A stretch of DNA of 30,537 nt, taken from positions 1-30,537 of the forward strand of contig CAZTOS010000021.1 of assembly GCA_964615185.1 (NCBI GenBank), in the 5' to 3' direction. Each line of letters starts with the position of its first letter. Position 1 is the first letter of the stretch. A program made the translations under genes and the position numbers. Below are positions 1 through 9,908 of this stretch, in pieces. A model generated the notes under the pieces. The model saw nothing but the letters and a program-made list of their open reading frames with translations, ran no database searches and was not told where the DNA came from. The stretch is from an uncultured Thermococci archaeon (GTDB lineage: Archaea > Methanobacteriota_B > Thermococci > Thermococcales > Thermococcaceae).

Positions 1-112
1 AACATAGCCAAAATACTTGCACCCTTGTGCAGTATCTTCCCCCCACTTTGTGAGTGGATTTCAGAGAATAATTACATGTTTAGTAGAAGCTAATAACTAT
101 GGGGGTGTAATT

Positions 113-466
113 ATGCCGAGGAAAAGAAGATTGCCCAATGTTGTGAGCATCAAAATACCCGTTTACCAACCACCGGATGATGTTTTTGATGTTGTTTTTG
201 AGAGCGAGGAAGCCAAGAGCATGGCTGAGGAAATCATTGAGTACATTAAGAAACACGGAAGAATGGGATGGGATGAGTACAAAGAGTTATTCCCTCCAGA
301 AAAGCATTACTTATACTTTAGAGTCATCAAAAGACTTGAAGCTTTGGGATTTATCTCGAGAGGAGCCTACCACACTTACATCCTCTCTAAAAAGTTCTGT
401 GATAGAATGGAGCACTTATCAAAATTGTGGCTATTCAAAATAGGCAAAGTCGAAGAAATATGGTGA
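113..466 (+). CDS. Hypothetical protein, probable winged-helix DNA-binding fold (117 aa)
   Basis: ATG at 113 follows a GGGGGTG RBS-like motif. The segment 'YFRVIKRLEALGFISRGAYHTYIL' resembles a wHTH recognition helix plus wing. Confidence 0.7.
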   Translation: MPRKRRLPNVVSIKIPVYQPPDDVFDVVFESEEAKSMAEEIIEYIKKHGRMGWDEYKELFPPEKHYLYFRVIKRLEALGFISRGAYHTYILSKKFCDRMEHLSKLWLFKIGKVEEIW

Positions 467-521
467 TTCTAATGCCAACAAATATTAACATCCTCGGCCA
501 TACTCTGAGTAGTGGGTCTAT

Positions 522-824
522 ATGCATAGGAGTGGGCATAAAAATAGCGGCTCTCACAAAGGAGTTAGGGCGCAAAAGAAGCGAAAGAAACGCTTACACA
601 TTACCCTCGACCCGGAGGTGGTCGAGGGAATGAACGCTTTAACAATTAACAAGTCTCAGTTTTTCAATCAAACGGCAAGATGGGTTCTGTTTAATGAGAA
701 ACCACCAGAATTAATCAGAAAACTTAAGATGGTGGGGCCGCCGGGATTTGAACCCGGGTCCCCGGCTCCCGAAGCCGGAAGGATAGGCCAAGCTACCCCA
801 CGGCCCCTCGAGAATGAGGTTTAA
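522..824 (+). pseudogene. int(N) fragment of an SSV1/pT26-2-type split tyrosine integrase overlapping the tRNA
   Basis: Basic RHH-like N-terminus (KKRLHITLDPEVVEGM...NKSQFFN) runs in frame into the antisense of the tRNA 3' half (MVGPPGFEPG). This is the typical int(N)/att arrangement. Confidence 0.6.
730..807 (-). tRNA. tRNA-Pro (anticodon CGG), CCA encoded, no intron
   Basis: Reverse complement reads GGGGCCGTGGGGTAGCTTGGCCTATCCTTCCGGC-TTCGGGA-GCCGGGGACCCGGGTTCAAATCCCGGCGGCCCCACCA. Acceptor stem GGGGCCG/CGGCCCC, anticodon stem CCGGC/GCCGG, T-loop TTCAAAT. Confidence 0.97.
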
Positions 825-831
825 GGAAACT

Positions 832-847
832 GTTATAAAGATTTCGC
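832..847 (-). promoter_or_regulatory. BRE/TATA promoter of tRNA-Pro
   Basis: Minus strand GCGAAATCTTTATAAC; the TATA box lies about 26-32 nt upstream of the mature tRNA 5' end. Confidence 0.6.
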
Positions 848-875
848 AGTAAAAAGATGAAAAAGAGGGATTGTC

Positions 876-1943
876 ATGATCTCAATCATAGTTCCAACAT
901 ATAATGAGCGTGACAACATTGAGGAGCTTGTGAGTAGAATAAGTAAAGCGTTAGAGGGTTATGAGTTTGAAATCATAATCGTTGATGATGATTCTCCAGA
1001 TAAAACATGGGAAAAGGCACAGGAATTAGCACAAAAATATCCCCTCAGAGTGATTAGAAGAACAAAGGAAAAAGGATTATCTTCTGCGGTGATTAGAGGG
1101 TTTAAAGAAGCAAAAGGAGATATTTTTGTAGTCATGGACGCTGATCTACAGCATCCTCCAGAAGTAATTCCAAAGCTTATCGAGGCAATCGAAAGTGGAG
1201 CAGATATTGCAATTGGCTCCCGCTATGTAAAGGGTGGGAAGGTTGAGAACTGGTACTGGTGGAGGAAGCTAATTTCAAAAGGCGCAATAATGATTGGTCG
1301 TGTTGCGTTGCCAAAAATTAGGAACATAAAAGACCCAGTGAGTGGATTTTTTGCCATCAGAAGAGATGTTGTTGAAAATATTGCGCTGAACCCAGTAGGC
1401 TTTAAAATTCTCCTTGAGATTCTCATAAAGGGAAAATACAGCAAGGTAGTTGAGATTCCGTACACATTTGGCTTAAGATATGCTGGAGAAAGCAAACTCA
1501 GTCAAAAGCAGATTTTCAACTATTTAAGGCATCTCTATCGTTTAATGAAATGGGAGGGCGAAATTGACCGTTTGATTAAGTTCTCAATTGTGGGAATGAG
1601 CGGGATAGTTGTAAATCAGTTTTTCTTGTGGCTTTTTGTTGAGAAGGTTTTTGGAAATAGACTTGAGAGCTACATGCTATCCAACATTCTTGCGACTGAG
1701 CTTGCAATCCTCAACAATTTTACTTGGAATGATTTATGGACGTTTAAGGATTTGAAGAACAAACCCCTTTACAAGAGACTTCTCAGCTTTCACTTGGCCG
1801 CTTTAACTGGAGCTGTTGTTCAGTGGGTGATATTTGGAGTGCTTGTTTACCTTGGCATGCACTATCTAATAGCGAACTTAATCGGAATTGGGCTCTCCTT
1901 CGTGGTTAGATTTCTGGTTAACAGGCATGTAACTTGGGGCTAA
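876..1943 (+). CDS. Dolichol-phosphate mannosyl/glycosyltransferase (GT2) with C-terminal GtrA membrane domain
   Basis: SIIVPTYNE, IIIVDDDSPD, DADLQHPP and GSRY motifs; C-terminal GtrA-like TM domain (LIKFSIVG...NNFTWND...W). Confidence 0.9.
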   Translation: MISIIVPTYNERDNIEELVSRISKALEGYEFEIIIVDDDSPDKTWEKAQELAQKYPLRVIRRTKEKGLSSAVIRGFKEAKGDIFVVMDADLQHPPEVIPKLIEAIESGADIAIGSRYVKGGKVENWYWWRKLISKGAIMIGRVALPKIRNIKDPVSGFFAIRRDVVENIALNPVGFKILLEILIKGKYSKVVEIPYTFGLRYAGESKLSQKQIFNYLRHLYRLMKWEGEIDRLIKFSIVGMSGIVVNQFFLWLFVEKVFGNRLESYMLSNILATELAILNNFTWNDLWTFKDLKNKPLYKRLLSFHLAALTGAVVQWVIFGVLVYLGMHYLIANLIGIGLSFVVRFLVNRHVTWG

Positions 1944-2000
1944 TGCTCCAATTAAACGAGCAACTTAAATAGTTCTTTCCAAATTTCTTTTGGTGATACT

Positions 2001-3683
2001 ATGAAAGAGTTTCTTGAGGAAGCAAGAATAAATGTGGATGAAATTTTGAGGCACATTATGAACATCTCCCAGTTCCACAGAATCCAGGGTTCAAAGGAAA
2101 TCGTTGATGCAGCGGAGTATGTTCTTGGAGAGCTCAAAAAAGCTGGAATTGATGCCCAGCTTTTGAAGGAGGTCTATGACGGAGAAACTTGGCATCTAAC
2201 ATTGAAATCCCCAATTGCATGGGACTTAATTTACGGTGAAATTGAGATTTTTAATCAAAAATTCACCACTGAGGAAATTCCTCTCGTTGTAATGGCACAC
2301 TCGCCAAGCGGAGAAGCTGAAGGGGAGATAGTTTACATTGAAAGAGAAGAGGACTGGGAGAAAGTAAAGGGAAAAATAGTCCTAATTGACAAGAAATGGA
2401 AGGACAACTATGAAAAAGCAAATAAGAAGGGTGCTATTGGTTTTATAGCCTATCGTAAAGGAACTGGGAAAGCCTTTCCATATATGGGGCTGTTTCTCTC
2501 AAAGAAGGAGTTAGAGTGGGCAAAGATTCCGGCTGTTGCTGTGAGTGAAGAGATTGCGAATAAAATAATTGGCAAATTAAAGAAGGGAGAGAACGTAAAA
2601 GCTAAAATTAAAGTCCAAACGGAGATTAAAGATAAACAAATTTTGCCAATGGTTTATGCAAAAATTGGAAAGCCACCATATATTCTCTTCACAGCTCACA
2701 TCTGTCATCCAAAGCCGGGGGCAAATGACAATGCAAGCGGTTCAGCAATGTTCATAGAGCTGGCAAAGGCATTGAAAGAAAAATACAGCGAAGATTTCAG
2801 ATTTGGCTTTGCATTCCTGTGGATTCCCGAGTATCATGGAACACAAGCATTCATTGAAAAGTTCGCTGAGCTTGAGAACTATTATGTGATGATAAACCTC
2901 GACATGGTTGGTGGAAGTGAAGACCGCTCGAATTCAACCATAATGATTGTAAGAACACCGTTATCAAGGTTCTCAATTGTTAGCGGGCTTTTGGAGTACT
3001 ATCTTAATTTGGCGAACTCCCAAGGTGAGAGCTTTGGCGGTGAAGGAATGCCCAACCTGAAAGTTAAAAGCTACCCTTATCAGATGGGAAGCGACCACGA
3101 CATCTTCAACTTCTTTGGAGTTCCGGGAGTCATGCCAATAACTTGGCCTGACAAGTTTTATCACTCAAGTGAAGACAGCATAGAAAAGATAAGCAAAGAC
3201 TCTCTCGAAGTAATCGGAAAGGCGGTTTTGGCTACAGCCTTAGCACTGGCGAAAGCTGAGAGAGAAAAACTGCAGAGATTTGCAAGGGGCTATGCTATGA
3301 AATATCTGGGAGAACTTGGCATGGATAGAGAGATTGAGGTTGCAGAAAAGCTTGTTATGAAAGGTCTTGCGAGGGATGGAAAGTTTTTGGGAATTGATAT
3401 AGGTCATGATTTTGAGTTTAAGGCGTGGATAAAGTGGGAAAAGAAGGGATTAGTCTCAGTTAGGACAATTAGGGAATTTGATGAAAAAGCAGCAAAAGAA
3501 CTTGAAGAATTTATGGAAGATAGAAAGTTCTCAATTCACCTTCACGAGCTTCTAATGTTGGGAGAAATCTTGCCAGAGGAAGAGGCGTTTAAAGCTATAG
3601 AAGAAGAATTTGGAAAAATTGACAGGGAAAAGCTTAACAAAGCCCTTGAAATTTTGAAAAAGCTGGGGTTTGTTAGCTGTTAG
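2001..3683 (+). CDS. M28-family (DUF4910-like) aminopeptidase with PA domain
   Basis: AHICHPKPGANDNASG, WIPEYHG, INLDMVG, GSDH and YHSSED metal-binding motifs. Confidence 0.8.
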   Translation: MKEFLEEARINVDEILRHIMNISQFHRIQGSKEIVDAAEYVLGELKKAGIDAQLLKEVYDGETWHLTLKSPIAWDLIYGEIEIFNQKFTTEEIPLVVMAHSPSGEAEGEIVYIEREEDWEKVKGKIVLIDKKWKDNYEKANKKGAIGFIAYRKGTGKAFPYMGLFLSKKELEWAKIPAVAVSEEIANKIIGKLKKGENVKAKIKVQTEIKDKQILPMVYAKIGKPPYILFTAHICHPKPGANDNASGSAMFIELAKALKEKYSEDFRFGFAFLWIPEYHGTQAFIEKFAELENYYVMINLDMVGGSEDRSNSTIMIVRTPLSRFSIVSGLLEYYLNLANSQGESFGGEGMPNLKVKSYPYQMGSDHDIFNFFGVPGVMPITWPDKFYHSSEDSIEKISKDSLEVIGKAVLATALALAKAEREKLQRFARGYAMKYLGELGMDREIEVAEKLVMKGLARDGKFLGIDIGHDFEFKAWIKWEKKGLVSVRTIREFDEKAAKELEEFMEDRKFSIHLHELLMLGEILPEEEAFKAIEEEFGKIDREKLNKALEILKKLGFVSC

Positions 3684-4012
3684 ATTTCCTTCTCTTTCAA
3701 TTCCCTTTCCAGCTCGTTTATCTTTTTGACGATGTTCTCTTTCAGCTTTTCAAGGAGTTCTGTTGGTGATGTTGCCGTATAAACGTATCCAAGCCATCCT
3801 TTTTGAATTAATTCCCTCTTTAGGAGCCCTTTTCTATAAAGATTAAGCACGTGCTCTCTCACGCTTCTCTCGCTTATACCCAGCTCCCTCTGAATCTCCG
3901 TGATTCTCATAGGTACTTTTTTCTCCAGAAGTAGCCTATAGATCTTTATCTCAGTTTTTTTCACGCCCAATGACGTTAATAGGTTCTCAAGCTTCTCATG
4001 TAGTTCACCCAT
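3680..4012 (-). CDS. TrmB-like HTH transcriptional regulator
   Basis: LGVKKTEIKIYRLLL...ITEIQRELGISERSVREHVLNLYRKGLL wHTH pattern; ATG at 4012 after GAGGTG RBS. Confidence 0.85.
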   Translation of the reverse strand: MGELHEKLENLLTSLGVKKTEIKIYRLLLEKKVPMRITEIQRELGISERSVREHVLNLYRKGLLKRELIQKGWLGYVYTATSPTELLEKLKENIVKKINELERELKEKEI

Positions 4013-4067
4013 TCTCACACCTCTGCAAATTTATCTTCATACTTTAAACTTCATAAATATTGCGGTT

Positions 4068-4709
4068 CTAAGTGAAATTTATTCTACCAATATAGGTTCC
4101 TTCCGATAAATATACGTCGCCTTCTTTACTGTTTTTTAGGAAAGGTATCATTTTAATTCCTTCTTTTACGTCAAATCCCTCTAAGTAAGGATTTATTGCG
4201 GGGAGAATTAGAAATTTTCCAATCCTCAAAAAGCATTTTACTCTTTTTGCCATGCTACCAAACTTTATGGTAACCGCTGGGTGTATATGCCCGAGAAAGG
4301 CTTTTCCAAATTTTACATTGGGAAGATTTTGATGACCATGAAGGAAAAGCATCTCGTCGATTGTATAGTACCTAACCACTTTCACATTTTCGAAGTTTTT
4401 TAAAGCTTCTTCAATTTTTCCATCATGATTGCCTCTTGTTATTATTACCTCAAAGTCCCTAAGCTCAGAGAAGAACTCTATGAGAAGCTTTTTTGTAAAA
4501 GTATTAAGACCAAGGGGTTCTTTGATATCCCCTAAAATTATTACAACATCAGGATTTTTGAGCTTTACAAACTCAGCAAGCTTTCTTTCAAATTTTGTTC
4601 TTATTCTTAATCCCCTTGAAAGCTCAAAAGCTATGTGAGGATCAGCAAACACTAAAGCTTTTCCTTTTGATGTTTCAAGTTCAATAGAAAGATTCTCAAA
4701 GGCTTCCAA
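4068..4709 (-). CDS. Metallophosphoesterase (calcineurin-like)
   Basis: DxH (ADPH), GD, GNHD, HGH and GHIHP motifs; TTG start with upstream GGAGG. Confidence 0.88.
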   Translation of the reverse strand: MEAFENLSIELETSKGKALVFADPHIAFELSRGLRIRTKFERKLAEFVKLKNPDVVIILGDIKEPLGLNTFTKKLLIEFFSELRDFEVIITRGNHDGKIEEALKNFENVKVVRYYTIDEMLFLHGHQNLPNVKFGKAFLGHIHPAVTIKFGSMAKRVKCFLRIGKFLILPAINPYLEGFDVKEGIKMIPFLKNSKEGDVYLSEGTYIGRINFT

Positions 4710-4757
4710 GTTGAAGAGCCTCCGGATAATGAAAGGGGTAGAAAATAACTGAAGATA

Positions 4758-4871
4758 TCAGATTAATCCTCTTTCCTTCTTTCTCTGTCTCTTAAGCCTC
4801 CTAATTCTCTTCTTGATCCACTTCCATCTCATTCTGCCCTTCTTTTTCCACTTCCTTGGTCTCCTCTTCAT
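4758..4871 (-). CDS. rpl41e: Ribosomal protein eL41 (L41e), 37 aa; absent from the ORF track
   Basis: Translates to [37 protein letters not shown], with GGAGGG RBS upstream and the MRxKWxKKRxRRLKRxR L41e signature. Confidence 0.92.
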
Positions 4872-4898
4872 GATGATCCCTCCTATGATCGCTCCGCT

Positions 4899-6767
4899 CT
4901 AAGCTCTTTCAAGTATATTTTTAAGCTTTTCTCCTAAAAGCAATGAACCTAAAACAATGCCTAAAAGGAGCGAGATTATCGCTATTAAGCTTGCTTTACC
5001 AATCGGGAGCACTTCCTTTTCAACTACTTTTTCTACGGGTGTATAAATGATTTTTGTTTCGTTTGGACACTGAATTGCAGGCTGATTTGGTGTTGTGATA
5101 TTCTGAGTTGTGTTTCCACAGTTTATATATTTTTCAACAACTTTTTCGATTATTTGAACTTTTTTAGATTGGTAAACTGGAATTGTGGCAGTGTCAAGGA
5201 TTTGTTTCTTTGGAAATGAACTTGCAATCTTTAACGTTAAGTTGCCAGTTTTTAGTGGAACTATCTCCACCGTGAAATTCCCTTCTGAAGGACTCTCAAC
5301 CGTCATTATTGGGGATGACAAATAAGTAATCCCCTCCCCCTCTATTGTCAAAACAAAAGAGCTTGGATAGTCCGTATAGACGGTATAGGTGACTGGGGCG
5401 TTAAATGGAACTCCTAACGTTGCATTGTCTGGAAGATTGAGTTTTGCAGAAAACGTAATCTCTGGATTCAAGACTTCAAATTTGTGCGTGATGATCCTGC
5501 GGTATGTTTTTCCATCGTAATCATATAAAATCTCGATTGTGATACTTTGGTTTTCCTTCTCGATTGTGATCGTAGAGTTGTCGGTAATGATACCGTTTGG
5601 TGGGAATGATGGATCGAAGGTTCTTGATTTCATGTCATCTGTGAACACAAGTATTTCAAGATTTTCAGCCGGAGCATTTCCGATATTCCTTATTGTTAAG
5701 TTGAGTGGCACGTTCTCTCCAAGATGAACTTTTTCTGGAAGCCCAATTTTGACATCCAATATCGGGAGTGTAATGTTTGCTTCCTCTGTTTTCAAAGCCT
5801 CTTCATCCACAAATATAACGAAGTATGCGAGATTATTTTTAACCCCCTCAAATCCATACCTGAACTTTATTGCCAATGGGTAATACACCAAATAGGGACT
5901 ATCTGTGCTTAGAACTTTTTTCTCAACCATATTCCCAGCTTTGTAAAGGGTTACTTCAACGTGATTTTCGTCCATAAATTCGGAGACTTCAACTTCATAG
6001 AGTTTCGATAGTCTAATCTTTTCATGCTCGGCAATAAATCCTTCAAAATATGGTAGTTCTTTGATTGTTAGGTATGTTGCGTTTACTAAATCTAATCGAA
6101 CTAATGCACGGTTTTCATCAAATTCCAGCAATGTCAATAGGGTTACATTGTCTATGTATACCTTTTCACCCTCAAGTAACTCGTAGGTTTTGTTTTCGAT
6201 GATTAAAACAGCTTTTCCATTACTGATGCCCTTGTATACTATCTCTCCATTTTGACCTTTGTAAACATATTCTCTGAACAAATACTCAAGAGGATTTAGT
6301 CTTATCTCAAAGTTTTTGTCCCGATAGTATACTTTTTCTTCAGAAAGAGTTACATTTGTGTATCCTAAATTAAGCTTTGCATAACTTTCATTGGCTCTGA
6401 TAATCTTAATCTGCTTGTTCTTAAGAACTAAAGTTTTTCCTGCCTTGAAATAAGGAACGTCTATCTCAAGAAGAATTGCTGGATAAATTTCGGATCTAAA
6501 AGAGTCTTGCAGATAGATTTGGATATCATCTACCATAAGTCCCTCCTTAAAAGAAATTGTCCCCATTCTGTAAAGCAAGCCGTGTTTGTATATCTGAATC
6601 AGGGCTTTTGTAAAGTTTCTATCGATGTCAGCAACTCTTATAGTGTAAGTGTCAATAGTCACACTCTCCCCAATTCTGAGCCACGCAAAAATTTTGCCTT
6701 CATTTTGGGCACTCACGGGAAGGGAGAGACAGAGAAGTAACATCAAAATGGCAATGACCTTTCTCAT
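4899..6767 (-). CDS. Secreted, membrane-anchored cell-surface protein (S-layer-like N-terminus, CARDB/Ig-like domains, C-terminal TM helix)
   Basis: Signal peptide MRKVIAILMLLLCLSLPVSA; 'LNLTIRNIGNAPAENL' is CARDB-like; many NxS/T sequons; C-terminal hydrophobic helix. Confidence 0.7.
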   Translation of the reverse strand: MRKVIAILMLLLCLSLPVSAQNEGKIFAWLRIGESVTIDTYTIRVADIDRNFTKALIQIYKHGLLYRMGTISFKEGLMVDDIQIYLQDSFRSEIYPAILLEIDVPYFKAGKTLVLKNKQIKIIRANESYAKLNLGYTNVTLSEEKVYYRDKNFEIRLNPLEYLFREYVYKGQNGEIVYKGISNGKAVLIIENKTYELLEGEKVYIDNVTLLTLLEFDENRALVRLDLVNATYLTIKELPYFEGFIAEHEKIRLSKLYEVEVSEFMDENHVEVTLYKAGNMVEKKVLSTDSPYLVYYPLAIKFRYGFEGVKNNLAYFVIFVDEEALKTEEANITLPILDVKIGLPEKVHLGENVPLNLTIRNIGNAPAENLEILVFTDDMKSRTFDPSFPPNGIITDNSTITIEKENQSITIEILYDYDGKTYRRIITHKFEVLNPEITFSAKLNLPDNATLGVPFNAPVTYTVYTDYPSSFVLTIEGEGITYLSSPIMTVESPSEGNFTVEIVPLKTGNLTLKIASSFPKKQILDTATIPVYQSKKVQIIEKVVEKYINCGNTTQNITTPNQPAIQCPNETKIIYTPVEKVVEKEVLPIGKASLIAIISLLLGIVLGSLLLGEKLKNILERA

Positions 6768-6823
6768 TTTTGCCACCAATTTTATTAGGTTTGATGTTTA
6801 TTAATTCTTTGCTGGTGATGAGC

Positions 6824-7618
6824 ATGAGGATAGGATTCATTCAAATGGAGCCTAAGCTTTTAGATTTAAACGCTAATTTGAGCAAGGCTGAGAAGCTTTT
6901 AAAAGAAGCCGCTAAGCAAGATGCTCAATTGGTGGTTCTCCCTGAGCTTTTTGATACTGGTTACAACTTTGAGAGTAAGGAAGAAGTTGAAAGCATAGCT
7001 CAACAAATACCCGATGGAGAGACAACGCAGTTCTTAATAGATCAGGCGAAAGAGCATGAAATGTTCATTGTGGCAGGGACTGCGGAAAAAGATGAGAAGG
7101 GCAAGCTTTACAATTCCGCCGTTCTCGTGGGGCCAATTGGATGGGGTTACATAGGAAAATACCGCAAGATTCATTTATTCTACAGAGAAAAAGTGTTCTT
7201 TGAACCGGGAAATTTGGGATTCCATGTGTTCAACATTGGAGTGGCAAAAGTGGGCATAATGATTTGCTTTGACTGGTTCTTCCCAGAAGCCATGAGAACC
7301 TTAGCGTTAAAAGGTGCTGACATAGTTGCTCATCCAGCGAATCTTGTGATGCCTTATGCTCCAAGGGCAATGCCGATTAGAAGCTTAGAAAACAGGGTCT
7401 TTTCAATTACAGCCAACAGGATCGGGGAAGAGAGGGGGCTTAGGTTCATTGGAATGAGCCAAATCAATTCACCAAAGGCCGAAATTCTGCTCAGAGCAAG
7501 TGAAGACAAAGAAGAAGTGGGCATTGTGGATATAAACATAGAAGAAGCAAGGAACAAAAAGATAAACGAATACAACGATATTTTCAAGGATAGGCAGCCC
7601 AAGTATTATTTCGTTTAA
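6824..7618 (+). CDS. Nitrilase / carbon-nitrogen hydrolase
   Basis: Catalytic triad motifs LPELF (E), YRKIHL (K) and ICFDW (C); GGTGA RBS before ATG at 6824. Confidence 0.92.
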   Translation: MRIGFIQMEPKLLDLNANLSKAEKLLKEAAKQDAQLVVLPELFDTGYNFESKEEVESIAQQIPDGETTQFLIDQAKEHEMFIVAGTAEKDEKGKLYNSAVLVGPIGWGYIGKYRKIHLFYREKVFFEPGNLGFHVFNIGVAKVGIMICFDWFFPEAMRTLALKGADIVAHPANLVMPYAPRAMPIRSLENRVFSITANRIGEERGLRFIGMSQINSPKAEILLRASEDKEEVGIVDINIEEARNKKINEYNDIFKDRQPKYYFV

Positions 7619-7630
7619 TTCTCTCCTTGT

Positions 7631-8458
7631 TTATTTATTCGGGAGACCAACGGCAAGTAGGAGTCTGAAAGTTTCAATCAGGAGCAATCCAACACCGATA
7701 AGCAACGTTGCGGATAGCAAGGCGTTAGAATGGAAGTTGTAAGCGTTATAAAGAATCAAGTATGCATTTGCCCAAGCCAACATTATTGCAATTATCGTCA
7801 TCATTTCAGCAAATATCTTTAGTCCCTTTTTACTCATTTTTGGAGCTGTTCTCAGTATCATGGGATCTTTGGCCATATATGTGAGAGCAATTGGAAGCAA
7901 AGATGCCGCTAAAGGAAATAGAAACACCCCGAGGGTCTTCTGTGCAAAGTTATCCGGTTCACCAGCGATGTTGAAGTGAATTGCAACTATGTCGGGGAGT
8001 TTATCCCAGCTGAAAATCAAAAACAGAAAACTGATAGCCAATGCTCCAATTTGAATTGTGAGATATGGCCTAACGTTTATCCCTTCAATAGGTTTTGGTT
8101 CTCCAACTGCTGGTTCTCTGATGCTTTCTTTTTCAACAATTTCTCTTGCCATTTTGTATCCATGGGCGGTTATTAATAAAACCCCAGCGATCATCACAAT
8201 GAAGAAGATTAAGATGTTGTTAACCTTTAGGCTCAGAATAAAGAGCAGAACTCCAAAGACCATGAAAGCTTTGCCGCTGAAGGCATTAACTCTTTTCCAG
8301 GCTTCTTTTGATGCAAATGTGTATCCAATTCTAAATCCTATTGCCATGTTTGGCTTGTCTCTAAAAAGATAGGTCAGCAAACCCGATATGAACATCAGGG
8401 AGGCAATGAGCGTCTCAAACATCATGTTGAAAACCTCAATCCCACCCATATTCATCAC
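7631..8458 (-). CDS. SdpI/DUF1648-family membrane protein
   Basis: PNMAIGFRIGYTFASKEAWKRVN (SdpI-like) and LPDIVAIHFNIAGEPDNF (DUF1648) motifs; multiple TM helices. Start codon uncertain. Confidence 0.8.
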   Translation of the reverse strand: MMNMGGIEVFNMMFETLIASLMFISGLLTYLFRDKPNMAIGFRIGYTFASKEAWKRVNAFSGKAFMVFGVLLFILSLKVNNILIFFIVMIAGVLLITAHGYKMAREIVEKESIREPAVGEPKPIEGINVRPYLTIQIGALAISFLFLIFSWDKLPDIVAIHFNIAGEPDNFAQKTLGVFLFPLAASLLPIALTYMAKDPMILRTAPKMSKKGLKIFAEMMTIIAIMLAWANAYLILYNAYNFHSNALLSATLLIGVGLLLIETFRLLLAVGLPNK

Positions 8459-8807
8459 CCGTCAGCTTTTTCGTCATTCTGCTGACTGATTTTATCTCTT
8501 TCCTAAGCTCTTCAAGAACTTCCTTTCCGAGAGGGGTTATCCGGTAATATTTTCTTGCCCTCCCACCAACTTCAGCCCAAAAACCTTCTATGAGCCTGTA
8601 TTTCTCCAAACTTTTGAGGAGGTCATAGAGAGTTCCTTCGCTTGGCACTATTTTACCATTGCTCAGTTTTTCAAACTCCTTCCTGATTGCGTAGCCATGC
8701 ATATCTCCTTTATTTTCAAGAAGAGATAGGATGATAAAGGAGTAAGTACCAGCCCTAAGCTCCCTCCTCAGCTTTTTTAGGGCTTTCTCTTTCGGATCAC
8801 CAAACAA
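8436..8807 (-). CDS. PadR-family transcriptional regulator
   Basis: HGYAI, EGTLYDLLKSLE and RKYYRITPLG PadR motifs. Confidence 0.92.
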   Translation of the reverse strand: MFGDPKEKALKKLRRELRAGTYSFIILSLLENKGDMHGYAIRKEFEKLSNGKIVPSEGTLYDLLKSLEKYRLIEGFWAEVGGRARKYYRITPLGKEVLEELRKEIKSVSRMTKKLTGDEYGWD

Positions 8808-9897
8808 CCTTTTCTTCCTCCTTTTCTACTTTCGCTTTTGGAATGCCATACCGCAGTAGTATGAGGGTAATAGCGGTGATTGTGCCGTAGGTTATTATTA
8901 AGCTTATCTGGGAGTTCATGAGTTGATAGTATGATGCAAACGTATCGATAACACCGTGGGCAATACTCAATGCCACTAACGCTTTTCTTCCAAACCCATT
9001 TTTATAAGCGTATGCCAACGTAATAGTAGTTCCTCCATGGAAAAGAGTTGCGATATATCTTTCAAATGAGCCAAGCAGTGCTTGTGTTAGCTGGACTGGA
9101 GGCAGACCTCCGAGGGTAAAGCTTTGAATCAGTTGGAGCAACGGCACTAAAACTGCTTCACCAAGTCCAAATCCAATTCCAACAAAGAGTGCTTCTTTAA
9201 GAGTTTTATTTCTCACAAAAGCATACTTCAGGCCTTCTTGGAAGAATCCAGCAATGAAACCGAGCCATATGGCTGTGATAACTGTAAAGGTAAACCCTTT
9301 AGCAATTATATCTGCATTTGATTTAATTTCTAATGCCAAGAATGGAGCTTGCTGAATTATTGGCTGAATGAAAAGTGTTATTGCAACCAAAAAGAAGCCT
9401 AAAATTAATTCTGCTCCTTTGATTTTTTTGAATCCAGCAGTGTAAAATGTTAACAGGGCTAAAATTCCACCCAAAATAGTTAAACCGACTGCCAATGGAA
9501 GGGGAATTCCTCTCTCCCTCCAGACAACTTTCTGAATCCAAAGTCCGGAAAGTTTGTATTCACCGTTGGTTTGACTAAAAACAAGCTTTAGTGTAACGTC
9601 AGCTTTTTCGAATTCAAAACGATAGTATCCTAAGGTAAATGTTCCTGCTTTTCCTTTTTTGATGAATTCGAAGCTTTCAAGATTGCCGTATTTTGAAATC
9701 ATCTGTCCTCTTAAAGCATTGAAGGCTTTTTCATTAAAAGCTTCCTTCATCTTTTCGTCAAGATATGGCTCGAGAATTGAGTAATCTCCGGTTTTTAGGC
9801 TTTCGAAGACTGCTTTTGCAACTTCATCATAAGGCTGTTGGGCAAGAGCATAAAAAGCGAGCATTGTTATGATAAAAATTAATGCAACTTTTCTCAT
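8797..9897 (-). CDS. DUF3887-domain plus YhfC/PrsW-like intramembrane protease family protein
   Basis: Signal peptide, soluble domain ending LSGLWI (DUF3887-like), then TM domain with AGFFQE, GxGFGxGE, ER...H and H...D motifs. Confidence 0.72.
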   Translation of the reverse strand: MRKVALIFIITMLAFYALAQQPYDEVAKAVFESLKTGDYSILEPYLDEKMKEAFNEKAFNALRGQMISKYGNLESFEFIKKGKAGTFTLGYYRFEFEKADVTLKLVFSQTNGEYKLSGLWIQKVVWRERGIPLPLAVGLTILGGILALLTFYTAGFKKIKGAELILGFFLVAITLFIQPIIQQAPFLALEIKSNADIIAKGFTFTVITAIWLGFIAGFFQEGLKYAFVRNKTLKEALFVGIGFGLGEAVLVPLLQLIQSFTLGGLPPVQLTQALLGSFERYIATLFHGGTTITLAYAYKNGFGRKALVALSIAHGVIDTFASYYQLMNSQISLIITYGTITAITLILLRYGIPKAKVEKEEEKVVW

Positions 9898-9908
9898 CTT
9901 AATCACCT

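Noticed and set aside
6770..6823. N-terminal extension of the nitrilase ORF
   Set aside because: Overlaps the divergent gene's RBS and promoter region; the GGTGA RBS points to ATG 6824.
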